The notes below the pieces were generated by a model. That model made no database searches and was not told the origin of the DNA. It worked only from the letters and a program-made list of their open reading frames with translations. A DNA stretch of 32,000 nucleotides, taken from positions 18,384 to 50,383 of the forward strand of contig NZ_JAHBCL010000017.1 in the NCBI RefSeq assembly GCF_018390735.1, read 5' to 3'. The position numbers were made by a program, and so were the translations under genes. This DNA is from Fusibacter paucivorans. Lineage in GTDB: Bacteria; Bacillota; Clostridia; Peptostreptococcales; Acidaminobacteraceae. Positions 1 to 9,565 of the stretch are shown piece after piece. Positions within the stretch are counted from its first letter, which is position 1. Each line of letters begins with the position of its first letter.

Positions 1-896
1 GCCTGATAAACGGGGCCGACTGGTGAAACCATTGCCATGATGTCGCTTTTGCCGGCATAAGCGCCGACGGGCAAACCGCCGCCGATGATCTTGCCAAAGC
101 AGACCATATCGGGATCAATGCGGTAGATTTCAGATGCACCGCCATAGGCGAGTCGAAAGCCTGTAATGACCTCATCGAATATAAGCACAACGCCATATGC
201 AGTCGACAAGCGCCTGAGTGCCGCCATAAAGGCTTCTGTTGCGGGGACGACACCCATGTTGCCGGCGACGACTTCGACGATGGCACAGGCGATCTCACTG
301 CCCTGAGCGGCAAAGAGTGATTCGAGCATTTCTACGTCATTGTAAATGCCGACGAGGGTATCCTTTACTGTATCTGCCGGAACGCCGGGACTGGTGGGTA
401 CGCCATAGGTCAGCGTTCCTGAACCCGACTTGACGAGCAGCGCATCCGAATGGCCGTGATAGCAGCCTTCAAATTTTAGAATTTTCTGGCGTCCGGTATA
501 GCCTCTGGCGACGCGAATTGCACTCATGGTCGCTTCTGTACCCGAGTTGACCATGCGCACGCGTTCTGCCGCCGGATAGGCCTCGGCGATCATTTCCGCC
601 ATGGTGACTTCAAGGTGGCTTGGAACGCCGTAGCTGGTGCCTTTTTGAAATATTTTTTCGATGCCGTCGAGCAGAGCTGGGTGACTGTGCCCTAAGATGA
701 GTGGCCCCCACGAACAGATCAGGTCGATGTATCGATTGCCGTCGACATCGTAGATATAAGGGCCTTCGCCGCGTTCGATAAAAATCGGATTGATTCCGAC
801 GGATTTAAATGCGCGTACGGGGCTGTTGACGCCGCCGGGAATAACGGCCTTTGCCCTTTCAAAGAGGGCTTCGGATTTTTCGTGATTGAGGTGCAT
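1..896 (-). CDS. hemL: Glutamate-1-semialdehyde 2,1-aminomutase, N-terminal ~298 codons. The 3' end runs off the left window edge.
   Basis: Hand translation of the minus strand from the ATG (complement of 894-896), with GGAG about 7 nt upstream. It gives [34 protein letters not shown]...[10 protein letters not shown]...[14 protein letters not shown]...FDEVITGFR...[15 protein letters not shown] and stays open to position 1. The ORF is missing from the supplied track because it is edge-truncated. Confidence 0.9.
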   Translation of the reverse strand, partial: MHLNHEKSEALFERAKAVIPGGVNSPVRAFKSVGINPIFIERGEGPYIYDVDGNRYIDLICSWGPLILGHSHPALLDGIEKIFQKGTSYGVPSHLEVTMAEMIAEAYPAAERVRMVNSGTEATMSAIRVARGYTGRQKILKFEGCYHGHSDALLVKSGSGTLTYGVPTSPGVPADTVKDTLVGIYNDVEMLESLFAAQGSEIACAIVEVVAGNMGVVPATEAFMAALRRLSTAYGVVLIFDEVITGFRLAYGGASEIYRIDPDMVCFGKIIGGGLPVGAYAGKSDIMAMVSPVGPVYQ

Positions 897-926
897 AAAC
901 GGTCTCCTTCTGTGCAGTGTGCGGTG

Positions 927-1892
927 TTAATCATTCAGCCATTTTTCGGCGACGAATTTTGAGAAATAAGTGATAATGAGATCGGCGCCTGCGCGCTTAA
1001 AGCCAATCAGCGTTTCATAAATGATGTTTTCATTGACGAGTCCCTGCGCGATGCCATTTTTGATGAGTGCGTATTCTCCGCTGACATTATAGCAGACAAT
1101 GGGTTTCGGAATATTGTCTTTAAGCGTATGAATGAGGTCCATATACATCATCGCAGGTTTCACCATGATAAAATCAGCACCGCTTTCAATAGCTTCATAG
1201 GCGACGTCCAGCGCTTCTCTGGCGTTGTGATAGTCCATTTGATAGGTATCACGTGAGCCTGATTTAGGGCTTGAATCCGCCAGTGTACGAAATGGACCGT
1301 AATAATTGGAGCAGAATTTTAAAGAATAAGCCATAATGGGCACGTAGGTATAGCCAGCATCGTCGAGAACATCTCGAATGGCTTCAATGCGGCCATCCAT
1401 CATATCAGAAGGGGCGACGATATCTGCACCTGCTTCTGCGTGGCTGAGCGCAATTTTGGCCATATATGGCAGTGTCTCGTCGTTGAGGATAATGCCGTCT
1501 TCTGACAAAATACCGCAGTGACCGTGGTCGGTGTACTGACACATACAGACATCAGTGATGACACAGAAACTCGGATCAAAAGCTTTAATGACTTTTATAG
1601 CGCGCTGAACGATGCCATCTGGATCGAAGGCGGAACTTGCAATGCTGTCTTTGCTGCCGGGGACGCCAAAGAGTAGAATGCTTTTCAAACCGAGAGACTG
1701 TAAGGTTTCGAGTTCTTCCGGCAGTCGGTCGAGTGAATAAGTGAAAAAGTCCGGCATTGCCGAGGATTCGATTTTTAAATTTTCACCTTCCATGACGAAG
1801 ATGGGTGTGATTAAATCAGATTTTTTCAGGGCTGCTTCTTGAACCATTTTGCGAATGGTTGGACTGGTTCTCAGTCGTCTATAGCGTTTCAT
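927..1892 (-). CDS. hemB: Porphobilinogen synthase (delta-aminolevulinate dehydratase)
   Basis: 321-aa ORF. It has the Cys-rich zinc site DVCMCQYTDHGHCG and the active-site Lys context IMVKPA. It overlaps the upstream gene by 14 nt. Confidence 0.9.
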   Translation of the reverse strand: MKRYRRLRTSPTIRKMVQEAALKKSDLITPIFVMEGENLKIESSAMPDFFTYSLDRLPEELETLQSLGLKSILLFGVPGSKDSIASSAFDPDGIVQRAIKVIKAFDPSFCVITDVCMCQYTDHGHCGILSEDGIILNDETLPYMAKIALSHAEAGADIVAPSDMMDGRIEAIRDVLDDAGYTYVPIMAYSLKFCSNYYGPFRTLADSSPKSGSRDTYQMDYHNAREALDVAYEAIESGADFIMVKPAMMYMDLIHTLKDNIPKPIVCYNVSGEYALIKNGIAQGLVNENIIYETLIGFKRAGADLIITYFSKFVAEKWLND

Positions 1893-4353
1893 TTGGAACC
1901 TCCATAATGGCTTTGGCCAATGCTTCTAAAGTGTGTGGCGCTGCTTCGATATCAATTGGATAACCGAGCGCTTTAAGTGTCTGACTGGTGATGGGGCCAA
2001 TGGATGCAATTTTGGCATCAGGGCGCAAAGTCAAAGTGTTGGCCTTTAAAAAGGCGTCAAAATTTTCTGCTGTAGAGCCGCTGGTAAAGGTGACGATATC
2101 AATGGCCGTCTCAATAAGCTTTCGAATATCGTCAACCTCTTGCAATACGGTTGCCGGCACCGTTTTATAAATGTGCAGTGCCGTGCAGCGGCAAATGCCG
2201 TCTAGCCATTCTGAAAGCAGAGGACGCGCTTTTTCAGCTGTTGGCAGTAGAATATGGTCTTCTGCCGTGAGTACGGATTGCATATGGTCGATAATGCCCT
2301 CTTGCGTGAAGGTTTCAGGGATGTAGTCCGGCATGATTCCATAGCTTTTCAGCCACTTAGCTGTTTGCGTTCCAATGGCGAGCACTTTTAAATGCCCCAG
2401 TGCACGTACATCTCTGCCGCTTTCAAAGAGTGCTGTCATAAAACGCTTTATGGCATTTTCACTGGTAAACCAGAGTTGTGTATACTGATGAAGCGATTCG
2501 ATTGCCGTTTGCAGCTCAGAATCGTGAATGTTTTCAAAGTCGATCATTGGCAGTTCAATGACCTTGGCGCCGAGATTTTCCAGCATCTCGGAAAATCGAC
2601 TGGCCTGTCGACTGGAGCGGGTGACGAGAATACGCTTGCCGAACAGCGGCTTTGCTTCAAACCAGTCCAGGGTTTCGCGCATGGTAACGACTTTACCCAC
2701 GACCAAAAGCGCCGGAGAGTCAATACTGCCAAGCGGCAATGCCGTCTCAGCTGTTGCAAGGGTTGCCTCGTAGACGCGTTGATCGGCACTTGCCGCTTTG
2801 GAGACGACGGCAAGCGGTGTTTGACCATCCTTGCCGTTTGCCATCAGCTGTGCACAGATATTGGCGATATTGGCAATGCTCATGAGAAAGACCAGTGTGC
2901 CGGACAGCTTTGCGATTACAGACCAGTCATGATCGAGACTGTCGTCTTTAAAATGGCCCGTTAAAACGTGGAACGAAGATGCATAATCCCGATGCGTAAT
3001 GGGAATGCCGGCATAAGCCAACCCGCCAATGGAAGAAGAAATACCGGGAACGACCTCAAATGGGACGCCGTGCGCCTTTAAAAACGCAGCTTCTTCGCCG
3101 CCGCGACCGAAGACGTATGGATCGCCGCCTTTCAGTCGAACGACGCGCTGATAGCGGTAAGAGAGGCTGACGAGCAGTTCATTGATATCATCCTGCGGCA
3201 TGGCATGATTGGATGCTGCCTTGCCGACATATATCTTTTCGGCGTTTTCCGGAGCGAGCCGAATTAAATCTTCCGGAATAAGGCGATCGTAAATAACACA
3301 ATCGCATGTTTTGATAAGCATTTCGCCTTTTCGCGTCAAGAGCATGGGATCACCCGGCCCTGAACCGACGAGGTAGACGGTGGAGGGATTGACAGACATG
3401 TTCATTGACATCCTTTCTTTGACTGTTTCAGCAGCCTTTATACCGAGTTTTTCTGCTGCCGCTGCGGTGCCTTTGACATCTGCATAATAGAGTGCATTGC
3501 CGTCTTCATCACCAAAAACACAGTGAAGGGTTAGCTGATCGCCATCTAAATGGGCATAGGCGCCAATTGGGAGATGGCAGCTACCGTCGACAGCAGCGAG
3601 GAAGCTGCGTTCTGCACTGGTGCAGACAGCAGTTTCACGATCTGCCAGTGCATTTAAGAGGGTACCGGTTTCAAGGTCATCTATGCGGTATTGCAGGCAG
3701 AGTGCGCCTTGTGCCGGTGCCGGTATCATTTCATTTGGTTCAAGGTAAGCACTAATCTGATGTGTCAGGTCTAATCGATGGAGACCGGCTGCCGCCAGCA
3801 CGACGCCATCCAGCGCCATGGTTTCAATTTTGGCGATGCGCGTTTCGACATTGCCTCGAATGGCAACAACCTCAAGGTCGGGACGAAGCTGTTTCAGCTG
3901 AAAGGCGCGTCTTTTGCTGCCCGTACCAATTTTGGCACCTTGCGGTAAGTCATTTAGCCCCTGATAACCTTTTTTGAGAACCAGCGCATCGCGAACGTCT
4001 TCGCGGGCAGGTGGTGCCGCAAAGCAAAGGCCATCAGCGCATTGACTCGGCATATCTTTCATGCTGTGCACGGCAAAATCGATATCACCACTTAAGAGTT
4101 GGGCTTCGATTTCCTTGACAAAAAGGCCTTTATCACCGATTTTATCAAGGGATACATTTAAGATCTGATCACCCTTTGTCGAGATGATTTTCTTTTCAAT
4201 TTTAAGATCGGGATATTTTGCAGACAGGGCGGCAATCACCCAGTCCGTCTGGAAAAGTGCCAGTCGGCTGCCACGGGTACCAACGATAATGGTTTTATCC
4301 ATATTTGATCTATTCATCTTAACGCTATTTGTCTCCAAGCTATTCATCTCCAA
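1879..4353 (-). CDS. Three-domain fusion: porphobilinogen deaminase (HemC, aa ~18-314), uroporphyrinogen-III C-methyltransferase (CobA, aa ~315-565) and uroporphyrinogen-III synthase (HemD, aa ~565-824)
   Basis: Single uninterrupted 824-codon ORF. HemC pattern: IIVGTRGSRLALFQT...HSMKDMP. CobA pattern: VYLVGSGPGDPMLLT...VRLKGGDPYVFGRGGEE. HemD-like C-terminus follows KPLFGKRILVTRS. The start is uncertain. The track start at 4353 is a TTG inside the end of sirC, and homology favours MDKTIIVGTRGS at 4302. Confidence 0.85.
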   Translation of the reverse strand: MEMNSLETNSVKMNRSNMDKTIIVGTRGSRLALFQTDWVIAALSAKYPDLKIEKKIISTKGDQILNVSLDKIGDKGLFVKEIEAQLLSGDIDFAVHSMKDMPSQCADGLCFAAPPAREDVRDALVLKKGYQGLNDLPQGAKIGTGSKRRAFQLKQLRPDLEVVAIRGNVETRIAKIETMALDGVVLAAAGLHRLDLTHQISAYLEPNEMIPAPAQGALCLQYRIDDLETGTLLNALADRETAVCTSAERSFLAAVDGSCHLPIGAYAHLDGDQLTLHCVFGDEDGNALYYADVKGTAAAAEKLGIKAAETVKERMSMNMSVNPSTVYLVGSGPGDPMLLTRKGEMLIKTCDCVIYDRLIPEDLIRLAPENAEKIYVGKAASNHAMPQDDINELLVSLSYRYQRVVRLKGGDPYVFGRGGEEAAFLKAHGVPFEVVPGISSSIGGLAYAGIPITHRDYASSFHVLTGHFKDDSLDHDWSVIAKLSGTLVFLMSIANIANICAQLMANGKDGQTPLAVVSKAASADQRVYEATLATAETALPLGSIDSPALLVVGKVVTMRETLDWFEAKPLFGKRILVTRSSRQASRFSEMLENLGAKVIELPMIDFENIHDSELQTAIESLHQYTQLWFTSENAIKRFMTALFESGRDVRALGHLKVLAIGTQTAKWLKSYGIMPDYIPETFTQEGIIDHMQSVLTAEDHILLPTAEKARPLLSEWLDGICRCTALHIYKTVPATVLQEVDDIRKLIETAIDIVTFTSGSTAENFDAFLKANTLTLRPDAKIASIGPITSQTLKALGYPIDIEAAPHTLEALAKAIMEVPNETL

Positions 4354-4993
4354 TCTTCTCCAGTGATATTTGGTCTAAATGCGCAATGCTTTCATACGGT
4401 ATGTGCCGCGCTTTAAGGTAGGGTGTTTTAGCAGCCAGTAGGCGAATTCGCTCAATGACGGTTGATTTTGTTAACAGTGCCCCTATCTGATTGAATAGAT
4501 ATTTCGCGACATAGGGTGATTCACCATTACCTGAAACGCCAATAGTGCAATGGGCTTCGTTTTGATACATCATATCAAAAAATTGTCCGGCTGTATGGTC
4601 ATCTGAGCGATTGAACAGCTTGGCGGATCGCAGACAGTGTTCCTGTACCAATTGGTTTGCAGCGGTGTCGTTCGTACAGGCAATGACTAAGTGCTGTTTG
4701 GCGAACACGGCCGCTTCTGACTGTATAAAGACATCAAAAGGCATCGAATAAAAAATAAATGATCTGCGGATATCCCCATCCGGTGCAGTTGAAATGCAGT
4801 CATTTTGCCGGGCATTATAATGGCATTCATCGTCCATTTGATTCGCCGATGTGTTAGGGTCAACTACCGTGATCTTTGCACCTGCATCGGCATAGGCTTT
4901 GGCTTTGCGTTTCCCGACTTTGCCGTAACCGATGATAAGAACATTGAGGGCCGCACTGTTTAGGAGAATGGGTTTTAACGGATTAGGATTCAT
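4340..4993 (-). CDS. sirC: Precorrin-2 dehydrogenase (siroheme-synthase N-terminal domain, SirC/CysG-N type)
   Basis: 217-aa ORF with the Rossmann motif NVLIIGYGKVGKRKAKAYADAGAKITVVDP and a downstream VIACTND motif. It sits between hemA and the hemC/cobA/hemD fusion and overlaps the hemA stop by 11 nt. Confidence 0.7.
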   Translation of the reverse strand: MNPNPLKPILLNSAALNVLIIGYGKVGKRKAKAYADAGAKITVVDPNTSANQMDDECHYNARQNDCISTAPDGDIRRSFIFYSMPFDVFIQSEAAVFAKQHLVIACTNDTAANQLVQEHCLRSAKLFNRSDDHTAGQFFDMMYQNEAHCTIGVSGNGESPYVAKYLFNQIGALLTKSTVIERIRLLAAKTPYLKARHIPYESIAHLDQISLEKIGDE

Positions 4994-6257
4994 AACCGTA
5001 GAGCTCCTTTAACATTTGAATATATTGTTCACGTTTTTCATTGTTTTCCATTACCTTAAGTGATTCAAGCGGACTTTTAATCATTTTTTTCAATGAAGAT
5101 TCCACGAGTTTGTCAATGGTTGCCATGTCAGCGGGATTCTGCGTATGCAGTTTTCGAGACAGTATCGACATCGTGCCGTCTTTAATATCGGCAATGGTTT
5201 GATTCCATGCGCCTAAGAGGTCGTCGACCTTTGTTGCTTCAACCCATTTGACAAAATCATTTACTTCGTCAAAGATGAGTGCTTCAACATGGGCGATGAG
5301 TTCATGACGTTTCTGATAATTTTCATCTGAGACTTCTTTAAGTGAGTCAACAGTCCAGATTGCAATATTTTCGATTTGATAGAGATCATCAGCAATATCC
5401 CTCGGTACGGCAAGGTCAATCATCAGCATGCCGTCTTTGATTCCCTTTACATCATTTCTTCTGATGACAGCGTGTGGCGCACCTGTTGATGAAACGACGA
5501 GATGACTGATGGCAATGCATTCGTAACGCGATTCAAAGGGGACGATGCGTACTTTTTTATGGGTTAGGATATCTATTGGTAGATTTTCCGGGTGCCTCAC
5601 AGCGACATAGATGGTCTTAAAAGGTGCTTCAAACAAGTATTTAATCGCTAAACCGCCCATTTTGCCGAGGCCGACCATGGTGATAACGGTTTCATCTGAC
5701 AAATAACCGGCAGCGACGGCATTTTTGATGGCAATATAACTGAGCGAAAGCGGCGTCTGTGAAATTTTCAGTTCCGTTTTAATGCGTTTCGAGAAAGAGA
5801 CGGCGACGCGGAACAACTTGTTTAGGATTTTTCCGGAGTAATCCAATTCTGTTGCCGCGGCAATGGCATTTTTGACCTGCCCAAGAATTTGATCTTCGCC
5901 GAGTACCGCGGAATCTAAGCCAGCCGTCACTTTAAAGAGATGATTGACTGCCTGAAAGCCGCTTTTCTGATAAAACTGACTATTGTCAATGATGGTGTTC
6001 GCGTTCATGACCTCTGCGCTTGCATGTGTGTTGACCAATGCGTCAAAGAGCGTTGTCGAAATGGCGTCAAAGGCATCTGCCGATGTGACGTAGTAGACTT
6101 CAAAACGACCACAAGTAGATAAAATGACGATTTCTAAAACGCCAATGCGCTTGGCGTAGGCCATCCATTCGGACTGTGCTGATTCTGTCATGCAAAATTG
6201 TTCACGTTGTTCAATTGTAGCGGTTTGGTGGTTTAGACCAATGAGACCGATTTGCAT
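4983..6257 (-). CDS. hemA: Glutamyl-tRNA reductase
   Basis: The ORF shows LNHQTATIEQRE, the catalytic Cys context STCGRFEVYY and the NADPH site MVGLGKMGG. I prefer the ATG at 6257 (MQIGLIGLNH), which has GGAGG 5 nt upstream. The track start at 6269 is a TTG that lies inside that SD. Confidence 0.88.
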   Translation of the reverse strand: MQIGLIGLNHQTATIEQREQFCMTESAQSEWMAYAKRIGVLEIVILSTCGRFEVYYVTSADAFDAISTTLFDALVNTHASAEVMNANTIIDNSQFYQKSGFQAVNHLFKVTAGLDSAVLGEDQILGQVKNAIAAATELDYSGKILNKLFRVAVSFSKRIKTELKISQTPLSLSYIAIKNAVAAGYLSDETVITMVGLGKMGGLAIKYLFEAPFKTIYVAVRHPENLPIDILTHKKVRIVPFESRYECIAISHLVVSSTGAPHAVIRRNDVKGIKDGMLMIDLAVPRDIADDLYQIENIAIWTVDSLKEVSDENYQKRHELIAHVEALIFDEVNDFVKWVEATKVDDLLGAWNQTIADIKDGTMSILSRKLHTQNPADMATIDKLVESSLKKMIKSPLESLKVMENNEKREQYIQMLKELYGYES

Positions 6258-6345
6258 CTCTTCCTCCAATTTCTAATACAGAAAAGTTTTCTGAAATCAT
6301 TTGACCGTTATCTTCTAACAGGATTCTATATTTCGATTAGTGAGC

Positions 6346-7134
6346 CTATGTTTCGACGATTGTTTTTTTAAGCGCTTCGGGAGAAGTGCCCATTGTTTTG
6401 GCAACTTTGACCAGAAGCGGCAGTTCAAGGCGTGTTGCCTGGAGCTTTGCTTCATTGGTCATAATCGTTTCGACGGGGCCGGAAGCAATCATGCTGCCTT
6501 GATGCATTAAATAGACATAGTCGCATATATGGTAAATCATATCCATGTTATGGCTGGATAGAATAATTTTCTTGCCTTGTGTCGATAATTTCTGAATAAG
6601 CTTCAGCATATCGCTGCGCATAACGGGATCAAGCCCAGTTTCAGGTTCGTCCAGCAGGATGACGTCGCAGGAAAGTGCCAGTACACCGGCGATGGAAACG
6701 CGTTTTTTTTGGCCAAAACTTAAATACTGAACCGGCCTGTCCATAAACGAATCCGCCTGGACTTCTTTTAAACACGTCATGGTGCGGTGCGCAATCTCTT
6801 CCTCTGAGAGCTTTAGATTTTTAGGGCCCATGGCGACATCATCGTAGACGTTGCTGTAAAAAATCTGACGCTCCGGGTCCTGAAGGACGAGATTGACGGA
6901 TTGGCGAAGCGAACGAAGTGACTTTTTCGAATAGTCGACGGTTTCACCATTGTGAACCAGTTCGCCGGACTGCGGTTTTAAAAGACCTAAAAGGCACTTG
7001 AAAAAGGTGGATTTGCCGGCGCCGTTGGAACCGATGACGCCAATAATATTGCCTTTGTGTGTGCTGAAATCAATCGCTGTAATGCCGACGGCACCGTCGT
7101 TATATTTAAATGATAGTTTTTTGCATTCGAGCAT
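6346..7134 (-). CDS. cbiO: Cobalt ECF transporter ATPase component
   Basis: Walker A GSNGAGKST, signature LSFGQKKRV, Walker B VILLDEP. The gene sits directly downstream of cbiMNQ. Confidence 0.85.
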   Translation of the reverse strand: MLECKKLSFKYNDGAVGITAIDFSTHKGNIIGVIGSNGAGKSTFFKCLLGLLKPQSGELVHNGETVDYSKKSLRSLRQSVNLVLQDPERQIFYSNVYDDVAMGPKNLKLSEEEIAHRTMTCLKEVQADSFMDRPVQYLSFGQKKRVSIAGVLALSCDVILLDEPETGLDPVMRSDMLKLIQKLSTQGKKIILSSHNMDMIYHICDYVYLMHQGSMIASGPVETIMTNEAKLQATRLELPLLVKVAKTMGTSPEALKKTIVET

Positions 7135-7139
7135 GCGTG

Positions 7140-7826
7140 TTACCCCTCATCGTAAAATCTCAGTGCCATGGCGTGATTCAAATCCTCAAATCTTGAAAAC
7201 GCACGCATGAACAGTGAGGCACCCAATTGATTAACGGTTTTGAGTGCATTTCCCATTTTAAAATAACCGAACCGCATTTCCTGTGCAACGAGCATATCCT
7301 GTGCTTCTTCAATGAGTATGAAAATAAAGCGATAACTCAAGATAAAGAGTTCTGTAAAAGCAGACGGCATGTGGAGGCGATTCATCCATTCGATAAAATG
7401 CTGCATTGGTACGGTTGTACTCATCATAAAAATCAGTGCAATACTGCTGATGGATCTGACGAAAACGGCAAGGCAGAGCGCAAGGCTCTGACGCGTAATG
7501 GCAAAGCCGGAATAGCCAAATCGGATAAGCGCTTCCTCGCTGTCTGCATCAATGGCGATGACAATAAGCGACAATAGAATAAATCCCATGGGGATGGCGA
7601 GCATCTTCACATATGATTTTATCGAAAGCGGTGTCGTCAGCAATATGCAGAAAGAGGCGCCTATAAAAAGCGCCGTATAAACTGCGATTTTATCCAGTGC
7701 GATACTGAATACGAGCAGCATAAGCGTTCCTGAAATGCGCAGGAGCGGGTGCCAATTCTTGATGCCGCACTGATTGGCAATGGCATCCATTCTAATCATG
7801 ATTTTTGCCTCTGATATACCCGACAT
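7140..7826 (-). CDS. cbiQ: Cobalt ECF transporter transmembrane (T) component
   Basis: Polytopic hydrophobic ORF between cbiN and cbiO. The true start is probably the ATG at 7799 or 7790, which overlaps or abuts the cbiN stop. Confidence 0.8.
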   Translation of the reverse strand: MSGISEAKIMIRMDAIANQCGIKNWHPLLRISGTLMLLVFSIALDKIAVYTALFIGASFCILLTTPLSIKSYVKMLAIPMGFILLSLIVIAIDADSEEALIRFGYSGFAITRQSLALCLAVFVRSISSIALIFMMSTTVPMQHFIEWMNRLHMPSAFTELFILSYRFIFILIEEAQDMLVAQEMRFGYFKMGNALKTVNQLGASLFMRAFSRFEDLNHAMALRFYDEG

Positions 7827-8076
7827 AATAACCGATGGTCGAAGCGCCGACGACGGCCAGCAGTGTAAACATTAAACTCTCTATTTCACCGCTTGGCGGT
7901 TCCCAGAATGGTTCGAACCAAGGCGTATACGATGGATTAATGGCTTCGATGGCGACCTCGGCATTGCCGTCAGTACCGCCGTATTCACCGCCCGGATTAA
8001 AGGCGAGCGGCACAATAATCAAGAGTGCAAAAATGATGAGCAAAATGATGTTTTGTTTTTTGGTCGCCTGTTTCAT
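7792..8076 (-). CDS. cbiN: Cobalt transport small membrane protein
   Basis: 94 aa with two hydrophobic helices flanking a loop (GGEYGGTDG...PWFEPFWEPPSGEIESL). It overlaps the cbiM stop by 4 nt. Confidence 0.8.
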   Translation of the reverse strand: MKQATKKQNIILLIIFALLIIVPLAFNPGGEYGGTDGNAEVAIEAINPSYTPWFEPFWEPPSGEIESLMFTLLAVVGASTIGYYVGYIRGKNHD

Positions 8077-8768
8077 TTGCTTATCCCCCCTTGAAAGATC
8101 GGAAACTGTTTTGATTCTGTCAACAAATTATAGACGACGACGGTGAGCAGGCCTTCTGCAATGGAAATTGGCAGCTGTGTGACCATGAAAACGCCCATAA
8201 ACTTTGTAATTGACATGGCGAGATTGCCGTTGGCAAAAGCGGTTCCGAGCTGAATGCTCGTGACGAGATAGGTTGCTAGATCGCCAAACATTGCCGCAAA
8301 GAAAATGGCCACTTTCGTATTGACATTTAATCGCTTTAACAGTTTAAAGAGGAAGAATGATACGAAAGGACCTGCAATAGCCATCGACGTTGCATTGGCG
8401 CCCAGCGTCGTAATACCGCCGTGGGCAATGAGTAGTGCCTGCAACAGGAGTACGATGGTGCCGATGGCGACCATTGGCAGCGGACCCAGTAAAATAGCGC
8501 CAAGGCCCATACCGGTAGGATGCGAGCAGCTGCCGGCAATAGAAGGTATTTTTAAAGAAGACAGTGTAAAGGCGAATGCCGCCATCAGTGCAAAGAGGAG
8601 TTTGTTGGCACTGTCTTCATTGAATTTTTTACTAAGGGTTCGGACGCTGAGGACAAAAAACGGTATAAAGACGATATACCATACAAGTGCCCACATTTTA
8701 GGTAAAAAACCTTCTGCAATATGCATGGCATAAGTCAGTTGCGTCGCTGGTAAAGCTGCTGTAAGCAT
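8073..8768 (-). CDS. cbiM: Cobalt ECF transporter substrate-capture (S) component
   Basis: Polytopic ORF containing the CbiM/NikM signature MHIAEGFLP. GGAGG lies 7 nt upstream of the ATG at 8768, which puts 14 residues ahead of the MHI motif. Confidence 0.85.
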   Translation of the reverse strand: MLTAALPATQLTYAMHIAEGFLPKMWALVWYIVFIPFFVLSVRTLSKKFNEDSANKLLFALMAAFAFTLSSLKIPSIAGSCSHPTGMGLGAILLGPLPMVAIGTIVLLLQALLIAHGGITTLGANATSMAIAGPFVSFFLFKLLKRLNVNTKVAIFFAAMFGDLATYLVTSIQLGTAFANGNLAMSITKFMGVFMVTQLPISIAEGLLTVVVYNLLTESKQFPIFQGGISK

Positions 8769-8785
8769 CGTAATACCTCCGTGGA

Positions 8786-9565
8786 TTAAAAATGGTTTTG
8801 GAGCATTGCCGCCTCAAGAGCCGAAACATTTTCGATGACGACAGCGCTTATGATGGTCTCGGGTTCGATGATGATTCCCGTTACATTCGATTCGGATAGT
8901 GATTCGAGATTGGCATCAAATGCGCTGCCCGCACCGCTGTTTTTAAAGACGAAATAGTGAATGTTGTAAGCTTTAAAAAAACTGCGGTTGAGAAAAGCAG
9001 GACACGGTGCTTTTACGGCGATGATATTGCCTGTTGGCACGCCGTTTTGTATACAGGCTGCCATGGATTCCATGCCGGGCATGATGCGAAAGACACATTG
9101 ATTTGGCGAAAATGCTTCCAGAAAAGCGGGTATGTGCTTTGTGCCCGTCACGAGGATGCGCGCGTCGTCGGCTGCGGTTTCTTTCAGGTATGTGATGGCA
9201 GCCGTTATGTCTTCAAATGTTTTAAAGTGAGTGTTTGACGTGACGGCCGGATGTGCAACAGACTGAACGCGGCGTGCGTAGCGCCAATAGGCAATATGAT
9301 TTTTAGCGGCACAACGGCTTGCCGTTTTTTTGATTTCTGCGGCATGCGGGTGTGTTGCATCGATAATGAGTTCAATGTGCTCGCTTTGAATAAACGATGA
9401 AAGGGTTTCTTCCGTAAACTTCTGAACAACACATTGCCGGGCAGTTTCGCGATAGAGATCATATCCAAGTGTCGTGGTGACAGAGAGGATATAATCCCGA
9501 TCCATTTGATTAAGTTTTTCAGCGATTTCACGGCCTTCATGTGTACCGCCCAGAATGAGAATCAT
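8786..9565 (-). CDS. cbiJ: Cobalt-precorrin-6A reductase
   Basis: 259 aa. The N-terminus MILILGGTHEGREIAEKL is typical of CobK/CbiJ, and the gene sits in cbi operon context. Confidence 0.8.
   Translation of the reverse strand: MILILGGTHEGREIAEKLNQMDRDYILSVTTTLGYDLYRETARQCVVQKFTEETLSSFIQSEHIELIIDATHPHAAEIKKTASRCAAKNHIAYWRYARRVQSVAHPAVTSNTHFKTFEDITAAITYLKETAADDARILVTGTKHIPAFLEAFSPNQCVFRIMPGMESMAACIQNGVPTGNIIAVKAPCPAFLNRSFFKAYNIHYFVFKNSGAGSAFDANLESLSESNVTGIIIEPETIISAVVIENVSALEAAMLQNHF

Noticed and set aside
719-934. 71-aa minus-strand ORF from the track, spanning the hemB-hemL junction.
   Set aside because: It is out of frame with hemL, whose hand translation from 896 is unambiguous, and its product has no recognisable features.
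2392-2964. Long ORFs antisense to or overlapping confident genes. Examples: 2392-2964 (+) 190 aa, 8305-8733 (+) 142 aa, 10464-11000 (+) 178 aa, 27954-28409 (-) 151 aa, 29633-30046 (-) 137 aa, 31086-31535 (-) 149 aa, 15133-15489 (-) 118 aa and 9205-9540 (-) 111 aa.
   Set aside because: Each lies wholly inside a gene with strong family motifs on the other strand or in another frame. Their translations are Arg/Cys/Ser-rich and low in complexity, with no recognisable motifs and no SD. They are typical shadow ORFs.
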